Notes under the pieces: model-generated
Seen by the model: the letters and a program-made list of their open reading frames with translations, nothing else
Database searches by the model: none
What the model was told of the DNA's origin: nothing
In this document: in pieces, positions 19,977 through 32,473 of the stretch
Layout of the letters: each line of letters opens with the position of its first letter
Position numbering within the stretch: position 1 is the first letter of the stretch
Position numbers and translations under genes: made by a program
Assembly: GCA_937920085.1 (NCBI GenBank)
Contig: CALETE010000076.1
Location: 6,927-70,926 of the forward strand
Direction of reading: 5' to 3'
Origin: an uncultured Alphaproteobacteria bacterium
Lineage (GTDB): Bacteria > Pseudomonadota > Alphaproteobacteria > Caulobacterales > Caulobacteraceae
DNA length: 64,000 nt

Positions 19977-21533
19977 TTGTCGGAAATATTTGATCCGCGC
20001 GCCGCAGAGCGCACCGTATTTCAAGCCCTGCTGGACGCCCGCACCAAATTCGGCGCAAAGAAGATGATCCTCGAAGATCAGGACCGTAACCCGCTCAGCT
20101 ATACCGACCTCGTCCGAGGGGCCTTCGCATTGGGCCGCAAGATTGCAGCGATGACGCAACCGGGCGAGCGGGTGGGCGTTATGCTCCCGGCAAGCTCGGC
20201 AGTGGTGGTGACCTTTTTTGCTCTTCACGCCTTTGGTCGGATACCGACCATGCTCAACTTCACCTCAGGCCTTCGAAACCTGAAAGCGGCCTGTGAACTG
20301 GCTGGGGTGAAACACGTCCTGACCGCCGGAAAATTCATTGAGCAAGGCAAGTTGCATGACCTGACCGACGCCCTCGAGTCCGTGGCCAAGGTCGTCTATC
20401 TCGAAGACGTCCGCGAAAGCGTTGGTTTGGCTGACAAACTCTTTGCAGCCACCGCTGGCCTGATACCACAGGCCTTTCTTGCAAAAGCCCAGGCCTCCGA
20501 CCCCGGCGTTATTCTCTTCACGTCGGGCAGCTTTGGTACGCCCAAGGGTGTTGTTTTGAGCCAGGCCAACCTGGTGGCCAATGTGCTGCAAATTGCCGCT
20601 CACATCGATCTCGACCCTGACTGGGTCATGTTCAATCCCCTCCCCACCTTCCACTGCTTTGGCCTGACGGCAGGGGTTCTCTTGCCGATCCTGACAGGCA
20701 TGAAGGCCTTCCAATACCCCTCGCCCCTGCACACAAAAATCATTCCGCCTCTCATAAAGGACTGCAAGGCGTCGATATTGTTGGCGACCGACACCTTTGT
20801 GAACCAATACGCTCGGGTGGCTGAGCCCGATGAAATGAGTGGGCTAAAATTCATCGTCTGCGGTGCCGAAAAGGTTCGCGAAGAAACCCACAACCTGATC
20901 ACCGAGCGCTTTGGAAACGTGCCTGTGCTTGAAGGCTATGGAATGACAGAAGCCGCGCCTGTGGTGGCGGTGAATAAGCCGACCGATAATCGCCGGGGCA
21001 CGGTGGGTGGCCTCTTGCCTGGGATTGAAGTGCGCCTTGAGCCCGTCGAGGGCATTTCCGGAGGTAGTCGCTTTTATGTTCGCGGAACGAATGTGATGTC
21101 TGGCTATCTCTTGCCAGACGGGACGGTAGAGACACCCGAGGACGGTTGGCATGATACCGGTGACGTTGTGTCTATTTCCGAAGACAATTGGATCAAAATT
21201 CTGGGTCGAGTGAAGCGCTTCGCCAAGGTCGGCGGGGAAATGGTGTCCCTGACGGCGGCGGAGGACTTAGCGGCAACCGTCTGGCCAGAAGCGCGCCATG
21301 CCGTGGTCGCTATGCCTGATCCAAAAAAAGGCGAGCGGCTGGTCCTTTTCACCGATCAACAGGACGCGGACTCTTCAACCCTCCTGGCTCATGCCCAATC
21401 GATTGGGGCCCCGGAGTTGGCTGTGCCCAAGAAGATCCTGCGGATCGCTGAAGTTCCCGTGCTGGGAACAGGCAAAACGGACTATGTGGCCCTTCAACGC
21501 ATGGCCGAAACGGACGGGCGGCGGGCCGCCTAG
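19977..21533 (+). CDS. AMP-dependent synthetase, Aas-type acyl-ACP / acyl-CoA synthetase
   Basis: Adenylate-forming motifs FTSGSFGTPKGV, EGYGMTEA, WHDTGD and GRVKRFAKVGGEMVSL (close to the E. coli Aas C-terminal domain). TTG start with GGAGG 9 nt upstream. Confidence 0.8.
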   Translation: MSEIFDPRAAERTVFQALLDARTKFGAKKMILEDQDRNPLSYTDLVRGAFALGRKIAAMTQPGERVGVMLPASSAVVVTFFALHAFGRIPTMLNFTSGLRNLKAACELAGVKHVLTAGKFIEQGKLHDLTDALESVAKVVYLEDVRESVGLADKLFAATAGLIPQAFLAKAQASDPGVILFTSGSFGTPKGVVLSQANLVANVLQIAAHIDLDPDWVMFNPLPTFHCFGLTAGVLLPILTGMKAFQYPSPLHTKIIPPLIKDCKASILLATDTFVNQYARVAEPDEMSGLKFIVCGAEKVREETHNLITERFGNVPVLEGYGMTEAAPVVAVNKPTDNRRGTVGGLLPGIEVRLEPVEGISGGSRFYVRGTNVMSGYLLPDGTVETPEDGWHDTGDVVSISEDNWIKILGRVKRFAKVGGEMVSLTAAEDLAATVWPEARHAVVAMPDPKKGERLVLFTDQQDADSSTLLAHAQSIGAPELAVPKKILRIAEVPVLGTGKTDYVALQRMAETDGRRAA

Positions 21534-21540
21534 ATCGAAG

Positions 21541-22941
21541 CTAGATGTGAAGGACCTTGCCAAAAGCATCTAGGGCCGACTCGTGCATGGCCTCGCTCAT
21601 GGTCGGGTGCGGATAGACTGTGGCGTGGAGTTCAGCCTCTGTGGCTTCTAGGGTCATGGCCAAGGCATAGCCTTGGATCATTTCGGTAACCTCTGCGCCG
21701 ATCATGTGTGCGCCAATCAAGGCACCGGTCTTGGCGTCGAACACGGTTTTCACAAAGCCCTCGGTCTCACCGGACGCAATGGCCTTGCCATTGGACCGAA
21801 AGGGGAAGCGACCAACCTTGATCTCGATGCCCTCTTCCTTGGCCTGGGCTTCTGTAAGGCCGATGGAAGCGACCTGCGGCGTCGAATAGGTGCAGCCGGG
21901 TATAGGTGCCGTCAAATTAGAGGATGGCAGGCCAGCAATATGCTCGATGCAGTGGACCCCCTCGTGGCTCGCCTTGTGCGCCAACCAGGGCGGCCCGGCC
22001 ACATCGCCAATGGCATAGAGCCCAGGAACCCCGGTCGCGCCATGGCCGTCGGTGACGATATGGGTGCGCTCAATTTGAACGCCGAGCGCCTCCAGGCCCA
22101 TATCCTCGACATTTCCCACAATGCCAACCGCGACAATGGCCACATCTGCACTCAGGGTTTCTGTCTTACCGGCCGTATCCAGATCTAGACTGACCCCAGT
22201 CTTAGTCGCCCTCAAGCTTTTCACAGTGGCACTGACCCGGAACGTCAATCCGCGCTTCTCAAAGGCCTTTTGCGCAGCCTTTGAAACCTCTTCGTCCTCC
22301 ACCGGCAAGATGCGCGGCAGGCTCTCGATGACGGTCACATCCGATCCCAGGGCGCAATAGAAGCTGGCGAACTCAATACCAATGGCCCCAGAGCCGATAA
22401 CCAGAAGGGATTTAGGGGCGGCCTTCGGAACTAGGGCTTCTCGATAGGTCCAAATTCGCTCACCGTCTGGGACTAGGCCAATGGCAGGAAGGGTCCGTGC
22501 TCGCGCCCCTGTGGCTAGGATCACGTGTTTCGCTGTCAAGCTGCGGGAACCGCCAGCCTTCAGGGCGACAACCACCTTTGGGGCCGCTGTGCCCTTTTCG
22601 AGCTTGGCGTACCCCTCAATCACCTCGATCTTATGCTTCTTCATCAAGAAGGCGACGCCGGCATTAAGCTGGGTAGAGACCCCTCGGGAGCGCTTCACAA
22701 CGGCATCGAAGTCGAAGCTGGCCCCCTCAACCTTCAGGCCGTAGTCGCCAAGATGACCGAGCTGCTCGTAGACCTCAGCAGACTTAAGCAGGGCCTTGGT
22801 GGGGATACACCCCCAATTTAGGCAGATACCGCCTAGCAGTTCTCGCTCAACAATCGCCGTCTTAAAGCCCAGTTGGCTAGCGCGGATGGCCGTAACGTAA
22901 CCGCCAGGACCAGATCCGATAACAATGACGTCGAAATCCAT
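21541..22941 (-). CDS. lpdA: dihydrolipoyl dehydrogenase (E3)
   Basis: GSGPGGY FAD motif, redox disulfide GGICLNWGCIPTK and C-terminal HPTMSE. Confidence 0.95.
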   Translation of the reverse strand: MDFDVIVIGSGPGGYVTAIRASQLGFKTAIVERELLGGICLNWGCIPTKALLKSAEVYEQLGHLGDYGLKVEGASFDFDAVVKRSRGVSTQLNAGVAFLMKKHKIEVIEGYAKLEKGTAAPKVVVALKAGGSRSLTAKHVILATGARARTLPAIGLVPDGERIWTYREALVPKAAPKSLLVIGSGAIGIEFASFYCALGSDVTVIESLPRILPVEDEEVSKAAQKAFEKRGLTFRVSATVKSLRATKTGVSLDLDTAGKTETLSADVAIVAVGIVGNVEDMGLEALGVQIERTHIVTDGHGATGVPGLYAIGDVAGPPWLAHKASHEGVHCIEHIAGLPSSNLTAPIPGCTYSTPQVASIGLTEAQAKEEGIEIKVGRFPFRSNGKAIASGETEGFVKTVFDAKTGALIGAHMIGAEVTEMIQGYALAMTLEATEAELHATVYPHPTMSEAMHESALDAFGKVLHI

Positions 22942-22951
22942 GGCTTTGGCC

Positions 22952-24226
22952 TCAAACGATCATGGTGATGGGATCTTCGATCAGAACCTTGAAGGCCTGT
23001 AGCCAACGAGCCCCCACAGCCCCATCGACGACCCTGTGATCGCAGGTCAGGGTCACAGTCATCATCGTGGCGATCGCCAATTGATCGCCGACCACAATGG
23101 CTCGCTTCTCACCGGCTCCAACGGACAAGATCGCACCCTGGGGCTCGTTGATGATCGAGGCGAAGGCCTTAATCCCAAACATGCCTAGGTTGGAGATAGA
23201 GAAGGTGCCGCCCTGAAATTCTTCTGGCTTCAGCTTCTTTGAGCGTGCTCTGACTGCGAGATCCTTGGCCTCTGTCGCGATTTGCGCCAGGCCTTTAAGC
23301 TCTGCGGACCGGATAATCGGTGTGATAAGCCCCCCCTCCACCGCCACAGCCATGGCAATGTCCGCATGGTGATGCAGAGCTATGCCTTCGGGGGAATAGC
23401 TGGCATTTGCCTCAGGCACTTGCTTCAAAGCCACTGCCGCAGCCTTGATCACGAGATCATTGACGCTGACCTTGATGCCTTGGGCTTCCAAAATGCCATT
23501 GACCTTCGCCCGCGCCGCCAGCAGGCCGTCGATATTCAGGTCGATGGTCAGGGGGAAGTGCGGCACATCCCTGAAGCTATCCGTCATCCGACGGGCAACG
23601 GTCTTTCGCATGCCATCCAGCGGGACCAAATCATAGCTGCCGTCGGCAATGCCCATCTGTGCAAGGGACTGGGCCTGACGCGGCGCCATTGGCAGCACAG
23701 GTACAGCAACTGGCGCTGGCCTTGGCTGTTCAGTGACCTTAGGCGCGCCCGGAATCGCGGTTTCAACGTCAGACTTGATAATGCGACCATGGGGTCCCGT
23801 TCCCCTGATCGAAGACAGATCGAGGCCTTTTTGATCTGCGATCCGGCGGGCCAGGGGTGAGGCAAAAATCCGCCCGCCCCTGTCGGTCGCCGTTTCAAGT
23901 GGCGCAGGCGCGAGCATCGCTGGCGACACCGTCACGACGGGTGTTGCAATCACAGGCACCGTTGGCACGACCACAGGCTTTGTTTCACCGCCCGATAGAC
24001 GCGCAATGGGCGTATTGACCTTGACCTCCTCGGTCCCCTCAGGAACCAGTATGGCTTCCACAACCCCCTCGTCGACCGCCTCCACTTCCATGGTGGCCTT
24101 GTCAGTCTCAATTTCGGCAATGACATCGCCGCTTCGGACGGTATCCCCGGCCTTGATGAACCACTTGGCGAGGATTCCCTCTTCCATGGTCGGCGATAAG
24201 GCGGGCATTAGAATATCAGTAGACAT
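22952..24226 (-). CDS. pdhC: pyruvate dehydrogenase E2 dihydrolipoamide acetyltransferase
   Basis: Lipoyl domain ([13 protein letters not shown]), E3-binding domain (ASPLARRIA) and catalytic DHRVVDGA. I chose the ATG at 24226 ([17 protein letters not shown]). Confidence 0.95.
   Translation of the reverse strand: MSTDILMPALSPTMEEGILAKWFIKAGDTVRSGDVIAEIETDKATMEVEAVDEGVVEAILVPEGTEEVKVNTPIARLSGGETKPVVVPTVPVIATPVVTVSPAMLAPAPLETATDRGGRIFASPLARRIADQKGLDLSSIRGTGPHGRIIKSDVETAIPGAPKVTEQPRPAPVAVPVLPMAPRQAQSLAQMGIADGSYDLVPLDGMRKTVARRMTDSFRDVPHFPLTIDLNIDGLLAARAKVNGILEAQGIKVSVNDLVIKAAAVALKQVPEANASYSPEGIALHHHADIAMAVAVEGGLITPIIRSAELKGLAQIATEAKDLAVRARSKKLKPEEFQGGTFSISNLGMFGIKAFASIINEPQGAILSVGAGEKRAIVVGDQLAIATMMTVTLTCDHRVVDGAVGARWLQAFKVLIEDPITMIV
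23996..24226 (-). repeat. lipoyl-domain coding repeat, copy in pdhC
   Basis: Encodes [28 protein letters not shown]...NTPIARL. Differs from the pdhB copy at 5 aligned residues plus one 1-residue indel. Confidence 0.8.
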
Positions 24227-24254
24227 GGTCAGGCGCTCACGCAGGGGGTCATGG

Positions 24255-24644
24255 CTATTCCTGTGACAAGTGGCTGAGATGGTCGGCGTTTGCCTCCCAG
24301 TTCTGTCCATCAAATTCAGAGAGGTTCAGGGTGACGGGAGCGTCAAGGCAGCGCGCATTGACCGACCAGCCATCAGGATTTGATCGAGGCCGGTAGAAGG
24401 ATTTCACCCCACAGGCCTTGCAGAAGAGGTGCTTGGCAACGCCTGTGTTGAAGACATATTCCGTGAGTGCAGGCTCGCCCTCAGTCAGACGGAAACGGCT
24501 GGCCGGGACAATCATGTGAACAAAGCCGACCTTTGCACACATGGAACAATTGCAGGTCTGAGCCTCCACTGGTTCAACAAGCGCGACGTCAAATCGTACT
24601 GCGCCACAGTGACAGCCGCCGGTGTGCCATTTCAAATCACTCAT
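24255..24644 (-). CDS. GFA / CENP-V family zinc protein (glutathione-dependent formaldehyde-activating-like)
   Basis: [10 protein letters not shown] ... CNCSMC ... FCKACG cysteine pattern. I chose the ATG at 24644, which forms an ATGA overlap with the pdhB stop. Confidence 0.8.
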   Translation of the reverse strand: MSDLKWHTGGCHCGAVRFDVALVEPVEAQTCNCSMCAKVGFVHMIVPASRFRLTEGEPALTEYVFNTGVAKHLFCKACGVKSFYRPRSNPDGWSVNARCLDAPVTLNLSEFDGQNWEANADHLSHLSQE

Positions 24645-25981
24645 CGATAGCAAACCGCCTTGGCGGCCAGAACGATTTTCTCGACGCTTGGCAAGGACAG
24701 CAGTTCCAGATTGGCCGCATAGGGCATGGGAACATCTTCCTGGCAAACCCGCGTGGGAGGAGCGTCGAGGTAGTCGAACGCATGCTCTAGCACCCGCGCC
24801 ACCACTTCAGCGCCCACCCCCATAGGGCCCCATCCCTCTTCAGCTGTAACGAGGCGATTGGTCTTCTTCACGCTCTCGACGATGGTTTCGTGGTCCAAGG
24901 GCCGAAGGGTGCGAAGATCGATAACTTCGGCGTCAATCCCTTGGGCGGCAAGGTCGTCCGCAGCCTTCAGCGCCAGACCCACCATGCGAGAATGGGCGGT
25001 GATGGTGACATCCTTACCCACACGGCGAACCTTGGCCTTGCCAATCGGGACCACCCAATCGACATCTGCCGGGATTTCGAACTCGGTCCCATAGAGCATT
25101 TCGTGCTCCAGGAAGACCACAGGATTGGGATCACGGATGGCAGCCTTGAGAAGGCCCTTAGCGTCCGCGGCGTCATAGGGCGCAATGACCTTCAACCCGG
25201 GGATCTGCGCATACCAGGCTGAATAGTCCTGACTGTGTTGGGCACCAACGCGGGCAGCAGCACCGTTTGGGCCGCGGAACACAACAGAGCACCGGATCTG
25301 GCCCCCTGACATATAAAGAGTCTTGGCTGCAGAATTGATGATGTGATCAATGGCCTGCATCGCGAAATTGAAGGTCATGAACTCGATAATGGGCTTCAGA
25401 CCGGCCATGGCAGCCCCGACGCCCAGACCTGCAAAGCCATGCTCAGTTATGGGGGTATCGATGACCCTCCGGTCCCCGAACTCCTGCAGCAAATCCCGGC
25501 TGACCTTATAGGCTCCCTGATATTGGGCGACTTCTTCACCCATCAGGAAGACGGCGTCATCCCGACGCATTTCTTCGGCCATGGCATCCCGAAGGGCGTC
25601 GCGCACGGTGATCTTCACCATCTTGACGTCAGCGGGCAGTTCCGGGCGGATGGCCACCAGAATCGAAGGCGCCGGGGCGAGATTCACGGGTTCGGGTGCG
25701 ACCACAGGCACGGGCGGTGGTGCTGGCGCCGGCACAACCGGCGCTTGCCCCACAAGCCTAGCAATCGGCGTATTGACCTTCACCTCTTCAGAACCTTCGG
25801 GGATCAAGATCGCTTCGATCACGCCCTCGTCCACCGCCTCGACCTCCATGGTCGCTTTGTCAGTCTCGATCTCGGCAATCACGTCGCCGCTACGCACTGT
25901 GTCCCCGGCCTTTACAAACCATTTGGCGAGGGTCCCCTCTTCCATGGTCGGGGACAGGGCCGGCATAAGGATGTCGGTCAC
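24641..25981 (-). CDS. pdhB: pyruvate dehydrogenase E1 beta subunit with N-terminal lipoyl domain
   Basis: N-terminal lipoyl domain, Ala/Pro linker, then a transketolase-like pyrimidine-binding and C-terminal domain. This is the typical alphaproteobacterial architecture. Confidence 0.95.
   Translation of the reverse strand: MTDILMPALSPTMEEGTLAKWFVKAGDTVRSGDVIAEIETDKATMEVEAVDEGVIEAILIPEGSEEVKVNTPIARLVGQAPVVPAPAPPPVPVVAPEPVNLAPAPSILVAIRPELPADVKMVKITVRDALRDAMAEEMRRDDAVFLMGEEVAQYQGAYKVSRDLLQEFGDRRVIDTPITEHGFAGLGVGAAMAGLKPIIEFMTFNFAMQAIDHIINSAAKTLYMSGGQIRCSVVFRGPNGAAARVGAQHSQDYSAWYAQIPGLKVIAPYDAADAKGLLKAAIRDPNPVVFLEHEMLYGTEFEIPADVDWVVPIGKAKVRRVGKDVTITAHSRMVGLALKAADDLAAQGIDAEVIDLRTLRPLDHETIVESVKKTNRLVTAEEGWGPMGVGAEVVARVLEHAFDYLDAPPTRVCQEDVPMPYAANLELLSLPSVEKIVLAAKAVCYR
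25754..25981 (-). repeat. lipoyl-domain coding repeat, copy in pdhB
   Basis: Encodes [27 protein letters not shown]...NTPIARL. DNA similarity to 23996..24226 is obvious by eye. Confidence 0.8.
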
Positions 25982-27006
25982 TGAGCGGCCTCCAGATAGA
26001 CGTCTGTGTACAGCTCCGAAGGATCGGGCTCCGGACTTGTGCGGGCGAACTCTGCGGCATCGGCAACGATCCGCTTCACATCCGCATCAATGGCCTTCAA
26101 GGCCGCGTCGTCAGCCCATCCGTTCTTTTCCAGAAGTTCTTGAAGGTGGTCGATCGGATCCCTGGTCTTGCGGACCTGGTCGACTTCCTCCCGTGTGCGA
26201 TATTTCGCCGGATCACTCATGGAATGGCCACGATACCTGTAGGTTTTCATCTCAAGAATATAGGGGCCCTTGCCCGAACGCGCGTGCTCAGCAGCCCGGC
26301 CAGCGGCATCGCGGACAGCCACGACATCCATGCCGTCCACTTCCTCACCTGGGATCAGGAAGGACGCGCCGCGCTTATAAAGATGGGTCTCTGCCGAGGA
26401 CCGCTCTATCGAGGTGCCCATGGCGTATTGATTGTTCTCGATCACGTAGACAACCGGCAGGCTCCACAGCTCGGCCATGTTGAAGCTCTCATAAACTTGG
26501 CCCTGGTTGGCTGCCCCATCGCCAAAATAGGCAAAGCAGACATTTCCGTTGGCCTTGTATTTGTTCGCTAAAGCCAGGCCGGTGCCAAGGCTTACCTGCG
26601 CACCGACAATGCCATGGCCGCCGTAGAAATCGGCCGTTGTCGAGAACATGTGCATGGAGCCGCCCTTGCCTTTAGACGACCCTCCCGCCCGGCCAGTCAG
26701 CTCGGCCATGACCTCCCGGGGATCCATGCCACAGGCCAGCATGTGCCCATGGTCTCGATAGCCGGTGATCACTTGGTCGCCGGCTTTTTTGATCGCCTGG
26801 ACGCCAACAGCAATGGCTTCCTGCCCGATATAGAGATGGCAGAACCCACCAATCAAACCCATGCCATATAGCTGCCCCGCGCGCTCTTCAAAGCGACGGA
26901 TCATAAGCATGTCCCGGTAATAGCCGAGCAACTCGTCCTTCGTAGCGGTAGCCCCGACCGGAGCCTTCTTCGTTTTAGACGCTGAGACAGCGGGGCTTCT
27001 CGCCAT
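25978..27006 (-). CDS. pdhA: pyruvate dehydrogenase E1 alpha subunit
   Basis: ThDP motif [17 protein letters not shown], and [11 protein letters not shown]. Confidence 0.95.
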   Translation of the reverse strand: MARSPAVSASKTKKAPVGATATKDELLGYYRDMLMIRRFEERAGQLYGMGLIGGFCHLYIGQEAIAVGVQAIKKAGDQVITGYRDHGHMLACGMDPREVMAELTGRAGGSSKGKGGSMHMFSTTADFYGGHGIVGAQVSLGTGLALANKYKANGNVCFAYFGDGAANQGQVYESFNMAELWSLPVVYVIENNQYAMGTSIERSSAETHLYKRGASFLIPGEEVDGMDVVAVRDAAGRAAEHARSGKGPYILEMKTYRYRGHSMSDPAKYRTREEVDQVRKTRDPIDHLQELLEKNGWADDAALKAIDADVKRIVADAAEFARTSPEPDPSELYTDVYLEAAQ

Positions 27007-27067
27007 GAGTCACTCCAGGTATTTATCTTCGAGGTCCGGCGTGACCCGCATGAGCAGCCCCCGGACC

Positions 27068-27364
27068 TTACGGGTTCAGCCTGATCACATAGTCCCTTGG
27101 ATCGGCGAAACCTAACAGGGAACGAGCTCGCTCCTCCAGAAGATCGGCCGACATAGACTCGTCCCGCAATAGGTGCGCGCGAGCCTCCAAGTCTTCTCTT
27201 TGGCTAAGGATAGCTTGAAGCTCAGCTGTCTTGGCCGCAAGCGTCGCGTCGCGCTCACCTGTCATCAGAATTCCCCGGTCACCCGTCAAAGCGTGAAATC
27301 CGAAGTAGGAAATCAGCAGGGCCAACCCGAAGGTTGTGAAATAGGTGCGAAGAACGGAGAGCAC
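27068..27364 (-). CDS. ftsB: septum formation initiator (FtsB/DivIC family)
   Basis: N-terminal TM helix followed by a coiled coil. Conserved position between eno and pdhA. Confidence 0.8.
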   Translation of the reverse strand: MLSVLRTYFTTFGLALLISYFGFHALTGDRGILMTGERDATLAAKTAELQAILSQREDLEARAHLLRDESMSADLLEERARSLLGFADPRDYVIRLNP

Positions 27365-27445
27365 TGGGCCGGAATCACCTGATCAAAAAGATGAGTTCAC
27401 ATTGCTCGCACATGCTTAACCAAGGCTTTCCGAGGCGATGAACCC

Positions 27446-28744
<1,299 letters not shown>

Positions 28745-28847
28745 TTATACAGCGAGCCTTAGCTAGCTTCGTCCGACCGAGCAATCGCGCGACCTTGACT
28801 TTGGTTGCTGAAAACGGACTTTCAGAACCTCGTTTTGGAGAACGGCT

Positions 28848-29618
28848 ATGATCCTGGTGGAGATTACCAACGCTGTCGCCCTGGTGACGCTCAATCGTCC
28901 TGAGGCCATGAATGCGCTTTCAAGGGCCTTACGGGCAGAACTCCACAAGACACTCAGCGCCCTGGACGCAGACCCAGCGGTGAAGGTCATTGTCCTGACC
29001 GGCGCCGGTGACCGTGCTTTCACGGCAGGGCTGGACCTGAAGGAACTGGGCGAAGACCCCGACGGCCTTAAAGCTGCAAACGCAACAGAGCCGTCTGAAA
29101 ACCCTGCCTGGGCGGTCATAGCCTGCAAGAAGCCAGTTATCGGGGCCATTAATGGGGTGGCCATTACGGGCGGATTTGAGGTGGCCCTGGCGTGTGACGT
29201 CTTGATCTGCTCGACACGGGCGCGGTTCGCTGACACCCATGCACGGGTCGGTATTACCCCTGGCTGGGGGCTCTCGCAAAAGCTATCGCGTTTGATCGGC
29301 CCCTATCGCGCCAAGGAATTGTCGCTGACAGGTAATTTCCTGGATGCTGAGACCGCTTATGCCTGGGGTCTGGCCAATCGCGTGGTTGCCCCAGAGGACC
29401 TCATTCCCGTCGCCTTAAAGCTGGCCTCGGACATGGCCCAGATCGAACTGGGCATGCTGACCACCTACAAGGCCATGATCGATGAGGGGTATGAGTTAAG
29501 CCTTCGAGAGGGCTTGGAACTCGAGCAAGCGCGCTCACGCGCTCACAATAAAGGCGTCACACCAGACATGGTGGAACAAAGGCGGGCTGGGATCCAGGCC
29601 CGAGGCCGCGCGCAGTAA
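28848..29618 (+). CDS. enoyl-CoA hydratase/isomerase (crotonase) family protein
   Basis: Crotonase fold: LNRPEAMNAL, TGAGDRAFTAGLDL, AINGVAITGGFEVALACD. Confidence 0.85.
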   Translation: MILVEITNAVALVTLNRPEAMNALSRALRAELHKTLSALDADPAVKVIVLTGAGDRAFTAGLDLKELGEDPDGLKAANATEPSENPAWAVIACKKPVIGAINGVAITGGFEVALACDVLICSTRARFADTHARVGITPGWGLSQKLSRLIGPYRAKELSLTGNFLDAETAYAWGLANRVVAPEDLIPVALKLASDMAQIELGMLTTYKAMIDEGYELSLREGLELEQARSRAHNKGVTPDMVEQRRAGIQARGRAQ

Positions 29619-29635
29619 CCTGCGCGCCGGGCCCC

Positions 29636-29818
29636 TTAGTCTTGCTTCGGCGTGATGACCTGGCGGCCTTTGTACATGCCAGTCTTGAGGTCGACATGGT
29701 GCGGGCGCTTCAGTTCGCCGGTTTCCTTGTCCTCGACAAAGCTATTGGCACCCAGGGCGTGATGCGAGCGACGCATATTGCGACGAGACGGGGATACTTT
29801 GCGTTTAGGAACGGCCAC
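29636..29818 (-). CDS. rpmF: 50S ribosomal protein L32
   Basis: [22 protein letters not shown]. Confidence 0.95.
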   Translation of the reverse strand: MAVPKRKVSPSRRNMRRSHHALGANSFVEDKETGELKRPHHVDLKTGMYKGRQVITPKQD

Positions 29819-29951
29819 GGGAGAATCTCTCAGGCGTAAAATGGATGCGGCGACCCAGGGCCCCCGACGTGAGCGCGGGTGTATGCCTTAATCGCTCGAT
29901 CGATTCAAGAGCCGTTCGGACCCATTCGAAATTGCGGCACGCAATCTCGAA

Positions 29952-31598
<1,647 letters not shown>

Positions 31599-31735
31599 TC
31601 AGATTAGCCGTGATTCGGGGCGAAAGCTCGGCGTCGATTTCGCTGACCGGGACCAGATCACAAAACCCAATTCAAACGCGCAAAGGGGTTCGATCCGCGA
31701 ACGCGGCGTTCTTGCATGCTGCACGTGAGTCGACC

Positions 31736-32161
31736 TTAGGGTTTTGAGGGGGCTGCCGGGTCAGGTTCACCGGCGAAAGGGTTATTTACGGTCGGAGTTG
31801 GTGCCTGAATAGGGCTAGGGGCGCTGGACGGTGAACTTGGAGCCCCCTGCCCCTGTCCAGCAGGCTGTCGATTTAGGGTGCTCGGCGCGAGGTTATTCAT
31901 TTTAACCCGATCGACGACCGAGGTCGTGCCCCTGGACTTCCCCGATAAGAGGGTCAGGCTGATGCTCAGGATAAAAAACAGCGACGCCAGGATCCAGGTG
32001 GTCCTCGTCAATAAATCGCCCGCGCCCCGGGCGCTCATCATGCCCGTTGGCCCACCACCCATCCCAAGTGCACCGCCTTCAGACCGTTGAAGCAGCACGA
32101 CAGCAATCAAAGCGATGCTGACCAAGATATGGCAGACGAGCAGAATTCCGAGCATTTCCAT
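31736..32161 (-). CDS. secG: preprotein translocase subunit SecG
   Basis: MEMLGILLVCHILVSIALIAVVLLQRSEGG is a typical SecG N-terminus. Lies upstream of pyrG. I chose the ATG at 32161 (32155 is also possible); the track ORF extends to 32203. Confidence 0.85.
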   Translation of the reverse strand: MEMLGILLVCHILVSIALIAVVLLQRSEGGALGMGGGPTGMMSARGAGDLLTRTTWILASLFFILSISLTLLSGKSRGTTSVVDRVKMNNLAPSTLNRQPAGQGQGAPSSPSSAPSPIQAPTPTVNNPFAGEPDPAAPSKP

Positions 32162-32473
32162 GTCCGATGACTGGGGGCGCGCCCCAAAAACCAAGCCGCG
32201 CATCTAGCATCCCCACGCACCGAAAGCCATAGCAGCGGACGCGTGGTCAAATTGCAAAAACGACTTTAGGTGGAGCTAAACAGGCTACAACCCTTCTTGT
32301 TACTCCCATTGCTTGTATCACATCAAACATGCACTGCGGTTCATCGGACTAGAACGATGGCAAAATTTTAAGACATTGAGCGTTAACCAGATCGGAAGAG
32401 ATCAGGCTCTCGACCATTGGTAATGGCCCATGCAATCTTACAAAATGGCTGACGGGCTTCGGGGGCGAAAAAG

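Noticed and set aside
25581-26483. Long antisense ORFs opposite well-supported genes (for example 25581..26483, 13278..13784, 28763..29236, 38759..39334, 3639..4274)
   Set aside because: Their compositions are rich in Arg, Ala, Ser and Pro, which is typical of the reverse frame of G+C-rich genes. They have no motifs, and each is fully embedded in a gene with strong homology signals.
31687-31696. GGTTCGATCC, a tRNA T-loop-like sequence in the secG-pyrG spacer
   Set aside because: The flanking bases do not form a T-stem (GGGG is followed by CGCG rather than CCCC). No acceptor or anticodon arms can be drawn, and the spacer is too short for a tRNA plus promoter.
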